Counted from the first letter of the stretch, positions 40,558 through 49,970 are shown. The stretch is 64,000 nucleotides of DNA from an uncultured Nitrospiraceae bacterium (GCA_964393845.1 CAYMUX010000001.1:17556-81555); one strand, 5' to 3'. Made by a program: numbers and translations. Notes: generated by a model from the sequence alone, not told the origin.

Positions 40558-41502
40558 ATGTCATTAAATAATTCTCAAAACATTGATTTAGTCATTCCAA
40601 TATTTAACGAGAAAAAAAATATACAACCATTAATTGATTACACGATATCAACATTGTCACCTGTGTTCAAACAGATAAATTTTATCCTTATAGACGATGG
40701 CAGCACTGACGATACTGAAACTATAATACAGCAGTTAAAAATACAGGGCTCCGGTATTAAACTGAAGTATATTAAATTATCTAAAAATCATGGTAAAGAT
40801 TTGGCAATTAAATGTGGTTTAGATAACTCTTTCTCTCTCTTGTGTGCCATTATCGATGGGGATTTCCAACATCCTCCTGATAAGATCATAGAAGCCGTTG
40901 AAAAAATTAAAGAAGGTTTTAATATTGTAAATATTGAAAAAAGAGAATATGTTGTCGGGTCTAAACATAAAAGGATTGGATCATTTTTTTTCCATAAATT
41001 AATAAATTTGCTCAGTGGAAATGCGATGCCTTTGTCAGACTTCAAGCTGCTTGATATTAAAGCAGTCAATATAATTAAAGAATTTAAAGAAGTTAATTAT
41101 TTTAATCGGGGTATAGTAAATTTGATAGGGCTAAAATCCGCTAACATTACTTATGTGCCTAATAAAAGAACATTCGGAACGTCTAAATATTCTCTGAATA
41201 AATTAATTGGATTAGCTATTGATAGTTTAATTTCCGTGTCTGTCAGGCCTTTAAGAGTGTCTATCTATTTTGGTTTGGTAATGTCGATTGTTAGTTTTAT
41301 TTATGGCCTTTACATTCTCATTGAGAAAATATTCCTGGGGCAGCCTATAGCGGGTTTTGCTACTTTAGGAGCGGCATTGTTTTTTTTGGGGGGGATTCAA
41401 TTGTTATTTCTGGGTATCATCGGTGAATATATCGGCAAGACATTTATGGAATCAAAAAAGAGACCGCAATATATTATCGATTATATAAAAGATGTCAGAT
41501 AA
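40558..41502 (+). CDS. GT2 polyprenyl-phosphate sugar synthase (GtrB/ArnC-like), second copy
   Basis: LVIPIFNE ... ILIDDGSTDDT ... IIDGDFQHPP. C-terminal TM pair and GIIGEYIGKTF tail. Confidence 0.8.
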   Translation: MSLNNSQNIDLVIPIFNEKKNIQPLIDYTISTLSPVFKQINFILIDDGSTDDTETIIQQLKIQGSGIKLKYIKLSKNHGKDLAIKCGLDNSFSLLCAIIDGDFQHPPDKIIEAVEKIKEGFNIVNIEKREYVVGSKHKRIGSFFFHKLINLLSGNAMPLSDFKLLDIKAVNIIKEFKEVNYFNRGIVNLIGLKSANITYVPNKRTFGTSKYSLNKLIGLAIDSLISVSVRPLRVSIYFGLVMSIVSFIYGLYILIEKIFLGQPIAGFATLGAALFFLGGIQLLFLGIIGEYIGKTFMESKKRPQYIIDYIKDVR

Positions 41503-41520
41503 ATATCGTTTTGTAATACT

Positions 41521-42360
41521 ATGAAAATAATTATCATAAATGCTGATGATTTTGGATTATGCGAATCTGTCAATAAAGGCATATTAGAATGCCTTCATCA
41601 CGGCATCGTAAGTGATCTGTCTTTTATGATAAATCATCAGGAATTTGAACATTCGAATAACATGTTAAGACAATCAGGAATCATGAAAGTCGGTTTTCAT
41701 CTTAATCTAACGGTTGGGAAATCCGTTTTAGGTGAGAAATCAAAATTTGTAAATAAAAAAGGATATTATCTGGATTTTAAAAGGCTATTTGTAAGAACAT
41801 TGATTAACAAAATTAACATTGAAAATATATATAACGAAATCAAAGCACAAATGAATTTGTTAATTAGTCATGGATATAAAATTACCCATATAGATTCTCA
41901 CCAAAATATTCATCTTTTGCCGTCTATAATGAAGACTCTGATGCAGTTAAATAAAGAATTTGGTCTAAATGTTCCTATTCGCATGCCATATGGCAGCTTA
42001 GATAATATTCTGCGTGCCGGACACAGGAATCTGTTTAGAATAGCCATATTAAATTTATTGACAGCCTATTGCTGTTTTCGAACGGGATACGATCCGAATA
42101 TAAGGGTAGTCGGGATTGATTTATTTAATAATGCCGACATAATTAACTCATTTGATGAGATGTCTAAAATAATAAGAAAAAGTTCATTTGAGATATATGA
42201 AATACCTGTTCATCCAGGTTACCCATCCAATAAGTTGCTGGAATATGATTGGTATTGTGATCAAAGATTAAGGGAATTGGATTTATTGAAGGATAAAACC
42301 GTCTTACCAAAGATGAAAGATTTCAGGATTACAAGTTTCAACGAGTTGTGCTGCGATTAA
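41521..42360 (+). CDS. YdjC/ChbG-family carbohydrate deacetylase
   Basis: MKIIIINADDFGLCESVNKGILECLHHGIVSDLSFM N-terminal signature of the YdjC-like family. Confidence 0.65.
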   Translation: MKIIIINADDFGLCESVNKGILECLHHGIVSDLSFMINHQEFEHSNNMLRQSGIMKVGFHLNLTVGKSVLGEKSKFVNKKGYYLDFKRLFVRTLINKINIENIYNEIKAQMNLLISHGYKITHIDSHQNIHLLPSIMKTLMQLNKEFGLNVPIRMPYGSLDNILRAGHRNLFRIAILNLLTAYCCFRTGYDPNIRVVGIDLFNNADIINSFDEMSKIIRKSSFEIYEIPVHPGYPSNKLLEYDWYCDQRLRELDLLKDKTVLPKMKDFRITSFNELCCD

Positions 42361-42396
42361 CAGCGATTCATATTCAAATTCTTAGATAGATATGCC

Positions 42397-43710
42397 ATGA
42401 AGATGAGAATAAACATTATCGGCGCAGGGATCACCGGTCTGTCGGCTGCTTACATTCTTACAAAGCAGGGGCATAGCGTAAATATATTTGATCATGCTTG
42501 TGAAGTAGGCGGGCTTTCGGGTTATTTCCCTGTGGAAGGGACTTATCTGGAGAAGTATTATCACCATATCTTTTCCGGCCATCATGAACTTATAGCTCTC
42601 ATGAAGGAGCTGGGACTGGAAAAGTCTGTATTTTTCCAAAAAACAAAAATGGGGTTCTACTATGAGGGAAGCATATATCCCTTTGCTTCTGCAAAAGACC
42701 TTTTAAGCTTTGCTCCCCTGAAGATCAGGGACAGGGTGCGCCTGGGACTGAGTTCTTTGATGATGATGAGTATCAGTGACTGGCGGACTATGGAAAAGAA
42801 AAGCGCACTTGAATGGCTTCGTGTTTATTCCGGTAATGAGTCCTGCAGGATCGTCTGGGAACCTCTCCTGAAAATGAAGTTTGGTAATTATTATGACCGG
42901 ATATCTGCCGCGTGGCTCTGGAACCGTGTAGTAGACAGAAAAAAAACGAAAGGGAACAGCGATGAAAAAGATGCATTGGGATATGTCCGGGGAGGCTACA
43001 AGATATTATTTGATGCATTATTAGAAAAAGTAAAATCTCAAGGTGGAGTAATCCAAATGAATACGCCGGTTGATGAAATTCTAATTACGGATGGAAAGAG
43101 CGCAGGGATCAGATCATCTGATAAAATTTATTCGGCAGACGCTGTCCTGGCAACGATTTCGGTCCCGACTTTTCTTGAAATGACGTCGCAGTTGCCGGAA
43201 GAATATGTTAAACGCATTTCTTCTGTAAGCTATCAGAATTCAGTATGCGTTATCTTGAAATTAAAAAAGAGTCTGAGCGATTACTACTGGATTAATATCA
43301 GCGACCCGGACAGTCCGTTTGTGGGCATTATCGAACATACAAAACTTGTACCGCCTGAAAATTACGGCAACTTTAATCTTGTCTATCTAACAAAATATAC
43401 CTCTTCTAAAGATGAGATGTATTCAAAACCTGACGAAGAGATATATGAAATATTCATTACTCAGTTGAAGCGGATATTCCCTGATGTTAATAATGATGAC
43501 ATTATGAAATACTGGGTTTTCAGGGACCGGTACAGCCAGCCGATTTTTGTTAAGAACTATAGTAAGATTATGCCCGAAATTGCTACTCCTATCAGGAATC
43601 TTTATCTTTTGAATACCAGCCAGTTATATCCTGAGAGCAGGTGTCTGAATTCAAGTATTATGAAATCAAAAGAAGCTGTAAAAGAGATTTTACGTAACAA
43701 TGCGAAATAG
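42397..43710 (+). CDS. FAD/NAD(P)-binding oxidoreductase (amine-oxidase/desaturase-like fold)
   Basis: INIIGAGITGLSAAYIL ... FDHACEVGGL dinucleotide-binding fingerprint. Confidence 0.6.
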   Translation: MKMRINIIGAGITGLSAAYILTKQGHSVNIFDHACEVGGLSGYFPVEGTYLEKYYHHIFSGHHELIALMKELGLEKSVFFQKTKMGFYYEGSIYPFASAKDLLSFAPLKIRDRVRLGLSSLMMMSISDWRTMEKKSALEWLRVYSGNESCRIVWEPLLKMKFGNYYDRISAAWLWNRVVDRKKTKGNSDEKDALGYVRGGYKILFDALLEKVKSQGGVIQMNTPVDEILITDGKSAGIRSSDKIYSADAVLATISVPTFLEMTSQLPEEYVKRISSVSYQNSVCVILKLKKSLSDYYWINISDPDSPFVGIIEHTKLVPPENYGNFNLVYLTKYTSSKDEMYSKPDEEIYEIFITQLKRIFPDVNNDDIMKYWVFRDRYSQPIFVKNYSKIMPEIATPIRNLYLLNTSQLYPESRCLNSSIMKSKEAVKEILRNNAK

Positions 43711-44794
43711 AGATATTCAAACAGGAGATTTGAGTATGGATCGTACCGGCTTTTTTGGAAAACTTCCAACAGCATCTATACCAATCATGATCTGTTTTGC
43801 CATACCTTCTTTTTTACTCATAAGCGCTTATCTCTATATGACTGTCTTTTATCATAAGCTCTGGCTTTTTAATACCGTTGTTCATGAGAATGGAAAATAT
43901 ACACTTCTGGAGGTGATTTTTTATTTCAAACACTTCAATTGGGAGATGCCGATAAAGATTCTATATGCTGTTTTTATCGTAGGGACTTTTTATTACTACG
44001 GGAATCCTTTAGAAACTAAAAGAAAGGTTCTTGCGCGGAGTAATTCTTCAAAGTGGATTTTGATCAGTCTTGTTTCTGTCCTGACTATAATGTCCGTAAC
44101 CACTATCTCAAACGTTATTCAGGATGGTTTCAAGGAAACGGTTCTCGGCTTCTTCCAGTACAAGACCACTGATGCAAGGCCCCCTGAATTCGGTTCTCAC
44201 TGGAGGAATCATTTCCTCAGCAATATTGTCCTTTTTTCAGTCACGGCTGTTGTTATAATGCTTTACCGGTTGATATTTTGTAACGGGATGTGGGAGAGGA
44301 GGAAATTTTATTATCTTCTCCCGTTCTCGATTGCGTTATTTGTCTGCCTTACTTTTATTTACGGATTTACCATGGACCCATTTATTAATCCCAGCTACCT
44401 TGGACATCAATTAAGGGAGATATTCGGGACCGACCTGCCGATCACTATGCTTCTGGCAACAGGACTTTTAATATATATGGAGGGAAAGTTTGATTCGAGA
44501 AAAGAGATTAATGAAATAATGAAGAAAGAAAAGGGCATAATAATCCGGCATCTTTCTGTCCTTATTATTCCGGCGGTTCTGCCGACGGTTTATTTGATTT
44601 TGAAGGTATTATCTCTTGATGTGTCGGGTGAAATAGCAAATATCGGAAGAACTGCAAACTGGTCAGTCCTTGATCTGTTTGCCTGGCACTTTTTTGAACA
44701 TTCACTTGATTATATCCTGGTATGTTCTCTTGTATGTTTTCTCTATCTACTGACTTTAAAGAAGGAATTGAGGCGGACAATAATTGAAAAATAA
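43700..44794 (+). CDS. Hypothetical polytopic membrane protein
   Basis: About 8 hydrophobic segments. No recognised catalytic motif. Start uncertain (an alternative ATG lies at 43736). Confidence 0.45.
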   Translation: MRNRDIQTGDLSMDRTGFFGKLPTASIPIMICFAIPSFLLISAYLYMTVFYHKLWLFNTVVHENGKYTLLEVIFYFKHFNWEMPIKILYAVFIVGTFYYYGNPLETKRKVLARSNSSKWILISLVSVLTIMSVTTISNVIQDGFKETVLGFFQYKTTDARPPEFGSHWRNHFLSNIVLFSVTAVVIMLYRLIFCNGMWERRKFYYLLPFSIALFVCLTFIYGFTMDPFINPSYLGHQLREIFGTDLPITMLLATGLLIYMEGKFDSRKEINEIMKKEKGIIIRHLSVLIIPAVLPTVYLILKVLSLDVSGEIANIGRTANWSVLDLFAWHFFEHSLDYILVCSLVCFLYLLTLKKELRRTIIEK

Positions 44795-45716
44795 CCTGGT
44801 AACGATCTTAAAAGTCCTCGTATCCGGTGTCCTTCTATACCTGATTTCTAAAGAAATTGACTGGAGCCAGTTAATCGTTTCCATAAAGCAGGGACGATTC
44901 ATTTATCTGTTTATCGGGATAATTTTAGGATGCGGATTTAACGTGGTAAAATTTATCAAGTGGCATTATCTGATAAGGACAGGAGACCATAATTATTCAT
45001 TTCTAGATGGAGTAAAATCTTACATGATCGGCAATAGCCTGGGCTTGATCACGCCTATGCGCGCCGGCGACCTCGGCAGGGCCCTGTATTTTCATGTGGA
45101 CGACCGTCCCAGGATCATAGGGCTTACGGTCATGGACAGATTTACCGAGCTTGTTGCTGTTCTGGCTCTCTCTATCGGAGGATGTTTTGTCCTTCTGAAT
45201 AAAGGAGTGGGAATGATCGTCGTATCGCTTGCCTTCTTTGGTATTTTATCGCTTTATGCTGCCGGGTTCCTCCATGGGATAGTTAAAAGAATTATTCCGG
45301 ATGGAAGGATTGGCGGGAAAATAATAAAATTGATGGATATCTTAAGATTACTGGACAAAAATACTGTATCTATTGTTCTGCTACTTTCATTTGTCGCATT
45401 TGTGTTGTGTATTATACAGTTCTACTTTCTCATAATTGCATTCGAGAAAATATCATTGTCATCCGTGTTTCTGGCTACCCCATTAGTGACACTCTCTTCG
45501 ATACTCCCTGTGAGTATTATGGGGCTTGGGGTCCGGGAAGGAATTTCAATTGTCCTTCTTGCAAAATTCAATATATCTGCTGCAACGGCTGTCTCCGCGG
45601 CTTTTCTTTTTTTCCTGATAAATAATGTTTCAATAAGCGGTATTGGAATTTATTATCTGTCAAAGGTTAGAATAAAAACTCAAACTCAAGAGGCAAACTG
45701 TGAATTTAAGATTTAA
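44784..45716 (+). CDS. Flippase-like / lysylphosphatidylglycerol-synthase-TM-region family membrane protein
   Basis: LVSGVLLYLISKEIDW ... NSLGLITPMRAGDLGRALYF, typical of the PF03706-type flippase-like domain. About 8 TM helices. Confidence 0.55.
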   Translation: MKNNLVTILKVLVSGVLLYLISKEIDWSQLIVSIKQGRFIYLFIGIILGCGFNVVKFIKWHYLIRTGDHNYSFLDGVKSYMIGNSLGLITPMRAGDLGRALYFHVDDRPRIIGLTVMDRFTELVAVLALSIGGCFVLLNKGVGMIVVSLAFFGILSLYAAGFLHGIVKRIIPDGRIGGKIIKLMDILRLLDKNTVSIVLLLSFVAFVLCIIQFYFLIIAFEKISLSSVFLATPLVTLSSILPVSIMGLGVREGISIVLLAKFNISAATAVSAAFLFFLINNVSISGIGIYYLSKVRIKTQTQEANCEFKI

Positions 45717-47817
45717 TCGATTTTTAAATATAAAAAGACATCTGCTTACAGGTATCCTTGCTTTATTTCTGATATGCTGCGCAGATTATGCCTTTGCATA
45801 TATCGGTCCCGGTGCGGGCTTTGCACTGGTAACATCGTTTTTTGTAATATTTGTTTCTCTAATTATCGCTTTCGTTTCATTCCTCATATGGCCGTTCCGG
45901 CATATCAGGTGGATGTTTTTAAGGAAAAAACGAGACAGAAAAACGGATGTCAAAAAAGTGGTTGTATTAGGTCTTGATGGTATGGATCCCTGTATTGCCG
46001 AAAAATTTATGGCAGAAGGGAAACTGCCGAATTTTCAGAAGCTGAAAGACACAGGATGCTTTTCGAGACTTCGCACAACATTCCCCGCTGTGTCGCCGGT
46101 CGCATGGTCTTCATTTGCAACGTCTGTCTACCCTGGGAAACATAATATCTTTGATTTCCTCACTCCGAACAGAAACTATTATATAGCCGATTTATCTTCC
46201 GTTCATATAGGCACGGTAAAACGCAATCTGAAAATTGGTAAATACAAGATACCCTTGGGAAAGCCGGAGATCAAACTGCACCGGAAGAGTCAAACTTTCT
46301 GGAAGGTGCTGGGTGAATACGGGATTTTCAGTACGATCTTGAGAGTGCCTATAACGTTCCCGCCGGAAAAATTTTTCGGCAATTGCCTTTCCGCAATGTG
46401 CATTCCCGACCTGAAAGGAACGCAAGGTTCTTTTACTTACTATACGTCTGACTCAAAACAAACAGGCGAGATGTACGAAGGCGAAAGAATCTTCGTAGAA
46501 AATAATAACGGAACAATTACAAGTTATTTCCCCGGTCCGGCCAATCCTATATTGATAGAGGAAGCGCCGTTAAGAATCCCCTTTAAAGTGGAAGTGAAAG
46601 ATCCCGACAACGCGGTCCTGCATCTCCCTGATCAAAAAATAAAATTGAGGCGCGGACATTACTCCGACTGGATCAAGCTGCGTTATAACTTAGGCCTGGG
46701 CATGAAAATATCAGGCATTGCAAGGGTATTGATTAAATCTTTTCAGCCGCACTTTTCAATGTACGTAACTCCGATTAATATCGATCCGGAAAAGCCCGTT
46801 CTTCCCATTTCTCATCCCGGTATATTTTCGGTGTACCAGGCCAAGCTGCATGGAAGTTTTTCTACGCTCGGACTTTCCGAAGATACATGGGCCCTTAACG
46901 AACGAATTATAGATGAGGATGATTTTATTAAACAGGCTTACGATATTCATGAAGAGCGGGAAAAGATGTTTATGCATGCGTTGAAGAGTACCAGCCAGGG
47001 ACTTGTAGTCTCTGTTTTCGATATAACGGACCGCATGCAGCATATGTTTATCCGGTTCCTGTATGATGACCATCCTGCCGTCAAGGACGCAGATGTCAAG
47101 AAGTACAGGAATGTAGTTGAGGACCTCTATGTTAATATGGACAAGCTTCTGGAAAAAACGCTGAGTTCTCTGGACGATGATACGGTCTTATTCGTTATCT
47201 CAGATCATGGCTTTAAACCTTTCATGTGGGGTTTTCACGTAAATTCCTGGTTACACAAAGAGGGCTATATGGTCTTGAAATCGGGAGACGAGAGCAAAGC
47301 CTGGTTTGAAAATGTCGACTGGAGCAAAACAAGGGCTTATTGCCTCGGAATGGCAGGCATCTATATTAATATCAAAGGCCGCGAAGCTAAGGGGATCGTT
47401 GCCAGGGATGGTGAAGAAGCTGAATTAAGAAAAGAAATTAAAGAAAAACTTGTCAAATTTATAAACCCGGCGACAAATCAGCCTGTGCTGAATGATGTCT
47501 TCGATTCAAAAGAGATTTTTTCAGGCCCGTATAAAGAAAACGCCCCTGATCTGATCCTGGGATACAACGAAGGGTACAGGGTTTCCTGGGATGCTGCGAT
47601 AGGAAAGGTCACAAAAGATATTATTGAGGATAACACAAAGAGCTGGAGCGCCGACCACTGCATTGACCCGCGATTGGTGCCGGGGGTGCTTTTTTCAAAC
47701 AGAAAAATTAATTCCGACAGCCCGTCAATCGTTGATATGGGCGCAACCATTTTAAACCTTTTCGGTATCAACCCACCGGCTTATATGGACGGAAAGAATA
47801 TTTTAGAGGAAAAATGA
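45700..47817 (+). CDS. Membrane-anchored type I phosphodiesterase/nucleotide pyrophosphatase-fold (alkaline phosphatase superfamily) protein
   Basis: Two N-terminal TM helices. VVLGLDGMDP. TTFPAVSPVAWSSFATSVYPGKHNIFDF (NPP-like Thr nucleophile block T-F-P ... TG-x-YP-x-HGI). ISDHGF. Confidence 0.7.
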   Translation: MNLRFNRFLNIKRHLLTGILALFLICCADYAFAYIGPGAGFALVTSFFVIFVSLIIAFVSFLIWPFRHIRWMFLRKKRDRKTDVKKVVVLGLDGMDPCIAEKFMAEGKLPNFQKLKDTGCFSRLRTTFPAVSPVAWSSFATSVYPGKHNIFDFLTPNRNYYIADLSSVHIGTVKRNLKIGKYKIPLGKPEIKLHRKSQTFWKVLGEYGIFSTILRVPITFPPEKFFGNCLSAMCIPDLKGTQGSFTYYTSDSKQTGEMYEGERIFVENNNGTITSYFPGPANPILIEEAPLRIPFKVEVKDPDNAVLHLPDQKIKLRRGHYSDWIKLRYNLGLGMKISGIARVLIKSFQPHFSMYVTPINIDPEKPVLPISHPGIFSVYQAKLHGSFSTLGLSEDTWALNERIIDEDDFIKQAYDIHEEREKMFMHALKSTSQGLVVSVFDITDRMQHMFIRFLYDDHPAVKDADVKKYRNVVEDLYVNMDKLLEKTLSSLDDDTVLFVISDHGFKPFMWGFHVNSWLHKEGYMVLKSGDESKAWFENVDWSKTRAYCLGMAGIYINIKGREAKGIVARDGEEAELRKEIKEKLVKFINPATNQPVLNDVFDSKEIFSGPYKENAPDLILGYNEGYRVSWDAAIGKVTKDIIEDNTKSWSADHCIDPRLVPGVLFSNRKINSDSPSIVDMGATILNLFGINPPAYMDGKNILEEK

Positions 47818-49760
47818 AAAATAACTTTTTTACTTCAGGCCTGATATTTATTTTAATAATAATTTCTTTTACCGCTGCTGTTGCAGGGGACAAGAAATTT
47901 ATCATACTCGGGATTGATGGTATGGATTACACCATGTTGAGCGAGATGATAGAACGGGGTGAAATGCCCAATTTTGCAAAATTCAGGGAGTCAGGGGATT
48001 TTAAGCCGCTTTTAAGCAGCATCCCGCCACAAAGCCCGGTCGCCTGGTCGAATTTTATCACAGGGATGGACCCCGGCGGACATGGTATTTTTGATTTTAT
48101 TCACAGAACGCCCGAAGATCTTCTTCCTTACCTTTCTACTTCAAAAACCGAATCACCGTCAAAAGTTCTTTCTATCGGGAAATACCGGATACCTTTAAAA
48201 AGCGAAGAGATAAAATTATTGAGAAAAGGGAAACCTTTCTGGGATATTCTTGAAGAACACGGGGTCCCTACAACGATTATTTCAATTCCCGCGAATTTTC
48301 CGTCAATCAAAAGCGCCGGACGCTCTCTGTCCGGGATGGGAACACCGGATATCCTGGGCTCTTATGGCTCATTCACCTATTTAACATCGGACCCGAAGGA
48401 CAGAGACAAAAAGGTAACCGGCGGCGTAATACATTCAGTTGAAGTCAGAGACAATCAGGTCGATAGTTTTATTCCGGGACCGGCTAATACACTTGTCGAG
48501 GGCAGGCCTTCAACGCGAATTGACGTTAAGACGTATATTGATCCGGAGAACAGTGTTGCAAAAATTGTGGTCAACGGTAACGATATCCTGTTATCCAAAG
48601 GGGAATGGAGCGAGTTTGTCCGGATCAAATTTGAGATGATACCCCATATAGTCAGTGTTTCAGGGATCGTCCGGTTTTATTTAAAAGAAGTCCATCCTTA
48701 TTTTAAACTCTATATTTCCCCGGTCAATATTGATCCCTCTGATCCTGCCATGCCGATTTCAAACCCCGAAGATTATGCAAAAGAATTATATAAGAACATC
48801 GGCTTTTTTTATACTCAGGGGATATCGGAAGATACAAAGGCGCTTGATAACGGCATCTTGTCGGAGGATGAATTTCTGCAGCAGGCCCAGGTCGTGCTGA
48901 GAGACAGGCTGAAGATTCTTGATTATGAATTGAAGAGGTTTAAAAAGGGGCTGCTCTTTTTTTATATTTCTACTATAGATACGAGCAGTCACATGTTCTG
49001 GCGATATATTGCAAAGGACCATCCTGACTATAACACCGAGGAGTACAAAAAATACCGGAATGTCATGTATGACCTCTATAAGAGAATGGACGTTATTCTG
49101 GCCGATGTCCTTAAGCGCGTTGATGATAATACTGTTGTCATGATCATGTCGGACCACGGGTTCGCGGATTTTCAATGGCAGGTGAACATTAATTCATGGC
49201 TGGCAAAAGAAGGGTATATAGCAATGCTGCCCGACTGGACGCCTGAACAGGAATATTTTGAATCAGTGAAATGGTCCGGGACAAAGGCGTATGCGCTCGG
49301 CATCAACGGATTATATATCAATCTCAGAGACCGGGAACTGCACGGCATAGTCGGCCCCGGCAGCGAATATAAAAATCTTGTCGATGAAATAGCTTCAAAA
49401 CTGGAAGCGATGACAGACCCGAAAACCGGAAAGCGGGTCATAAGACAAGCGTTTAAAAAGGATGAGGCATATCATGGTTCCTCCATGGATAACGCTCCGG
49501 ACATAGTCGTCGGTTTTTACCGCGGCTATCGTTCCTCTGATGAAAGCGCGCTCGGTCAGTTTTCCAGAGATATCATAATCGAAAATACAAGAAAATGGGG
49601 CAGTGATCATTGCATGGATTACCGCGAGGTCCCGGGGATTGTTCTTGTAAATAAAAAAATAACTCTGAAAGAACCGGAGCTTTATGATATTGCGCCCACA
49701 ATTCTTAAAGAGTTCGGTATCGATCCTTTACCGGAAATGGTTGGGAAATCCATCTATTAG
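47814..49760 (+). CDS. Membrane-anchored type I phosphodiesterase/NPP-fold protein, tandem paralog
   Basis: Signal/anchor. FIILGIDGMDY. PPQSPVAWSNFITGMDPGGHGIFDF. MSDHGF. Confidence 0.7.
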   Translation: MKNNFFTSGLIFILIIISFTAAVAGDKKFIILGIDGMDYTMLSEMIERGEMPNFAKFRESGDFKPLLSSIPPQSPVAWSNFITGMDPGGHGIFDFIHRTPEDLLPYLSTSKTESPSKVLSIGKYRIPLKSEEIKLLRKGKPFWDILEEHGVPTTIISIPANFPSIKSAGRSLSGMGTPDILGSYGSFTYLTSDPKDRDKKVTGGVIHSVEVRDNQVDSFIPGPANTLVEGRPSTRIDVKTYIDPENSVAKIVVNGNDILLSKGEWSEFVRIKFEMIPHIVSVSGIVRFYLKEVHPYFKLYISPVNIDPSDPAMPISNPEDYAKELYKNIGFFYTQGISEDTKALDNGILSEDEFLQQAQVVLRDRLKILDYELKRFKKGLLFFYISTIDTSSHMFWRYIAKDHPDYNTEEYKKYRNVMYDLYKRMDVILADVLKRVDDNTVVMIMSDHGFADFQWQVNINSWLAKEGYIAMLPDWTPEQEYFESVKWSGTKAYALGINGLYINLRDRELHGIVGPGSEYKNLVDEIASKLEAMTDPKTGKRVIRQAFKKDEAYHGSSMDNAPDIVVGFYRGYRSSDESALGQFSRDIIIENTRKWGSDHCMDYREVPGIVLVNKKITLKEPELYDIAPTILKEFGIDPLPEMVGKSIY

Positions 49761-49776
49761 TTTGTGAGGAGGTCAT

Positions 49777-49968
49777 GTGTTTGGTCCAAAAATAAAACTC
49801 TCAAAAGATTTATATGAAAAGGTAAAACAGCTCGCTGAACTCTCCGGTTATTCATCCGTTGATGAATTTGTTGTGCATGTCCTGGAGAAAGAGATAACAA
49901 AGATCAATCAGGATGACGATGAAGAAAAAGTCAAAGAGCGTCTAAAAGGTCTGGGGTATATTTCATAA
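49777..49968 (+). CDS. Small ribbon-helix-helix-like protein (63 aa) ending in the LKGLGYIS tail shared with the sulfatase-fold paralogs
   Basis: KIKLSKDLYEKVKQLAELSGYSSVDEFVVHVLEKEI resembles a CopG/ParD-type RHH (beta strand plus two helices). C-terminal ERLKGLGYIS. Confidence 0.5.
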   Translation: MFGPKIKLSKDLYEKVKQLAELSGYSSVDEFVVHVLEKEITKINQDDDEEKVKERLKGLGYIS

Positions 49969-49970
49969 TC

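Noticed and set aside
43700-44794. Polytopic membrane protein considered as a candidate exosortase (XrtA)
   Set aside because: The size (364 aa) and hydrophobicity pattern are loosely compatible, but I could not identify the conserved exosortase Cys/Arg catalytic motifs. Left as hypothetical membrane protein.
45407-45977. Short + strand ORFs at 45407-45625 and 45774-45977
   Set aside because: They overlap out of frame with the longer, motif-supported genes at 44784-45716 and 45700-47817. Spurious.
20355-49965. LGY tail interpreted as a nucleotide-level repeat or recombination site
   Set aside because: The tail-coding segments differ at synonymous positions (ttgggctat / ctcgggtat / ttgggttac / ctcggttat / ctggggtat). 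Conservation is therefore in the peptide, not the DNA.
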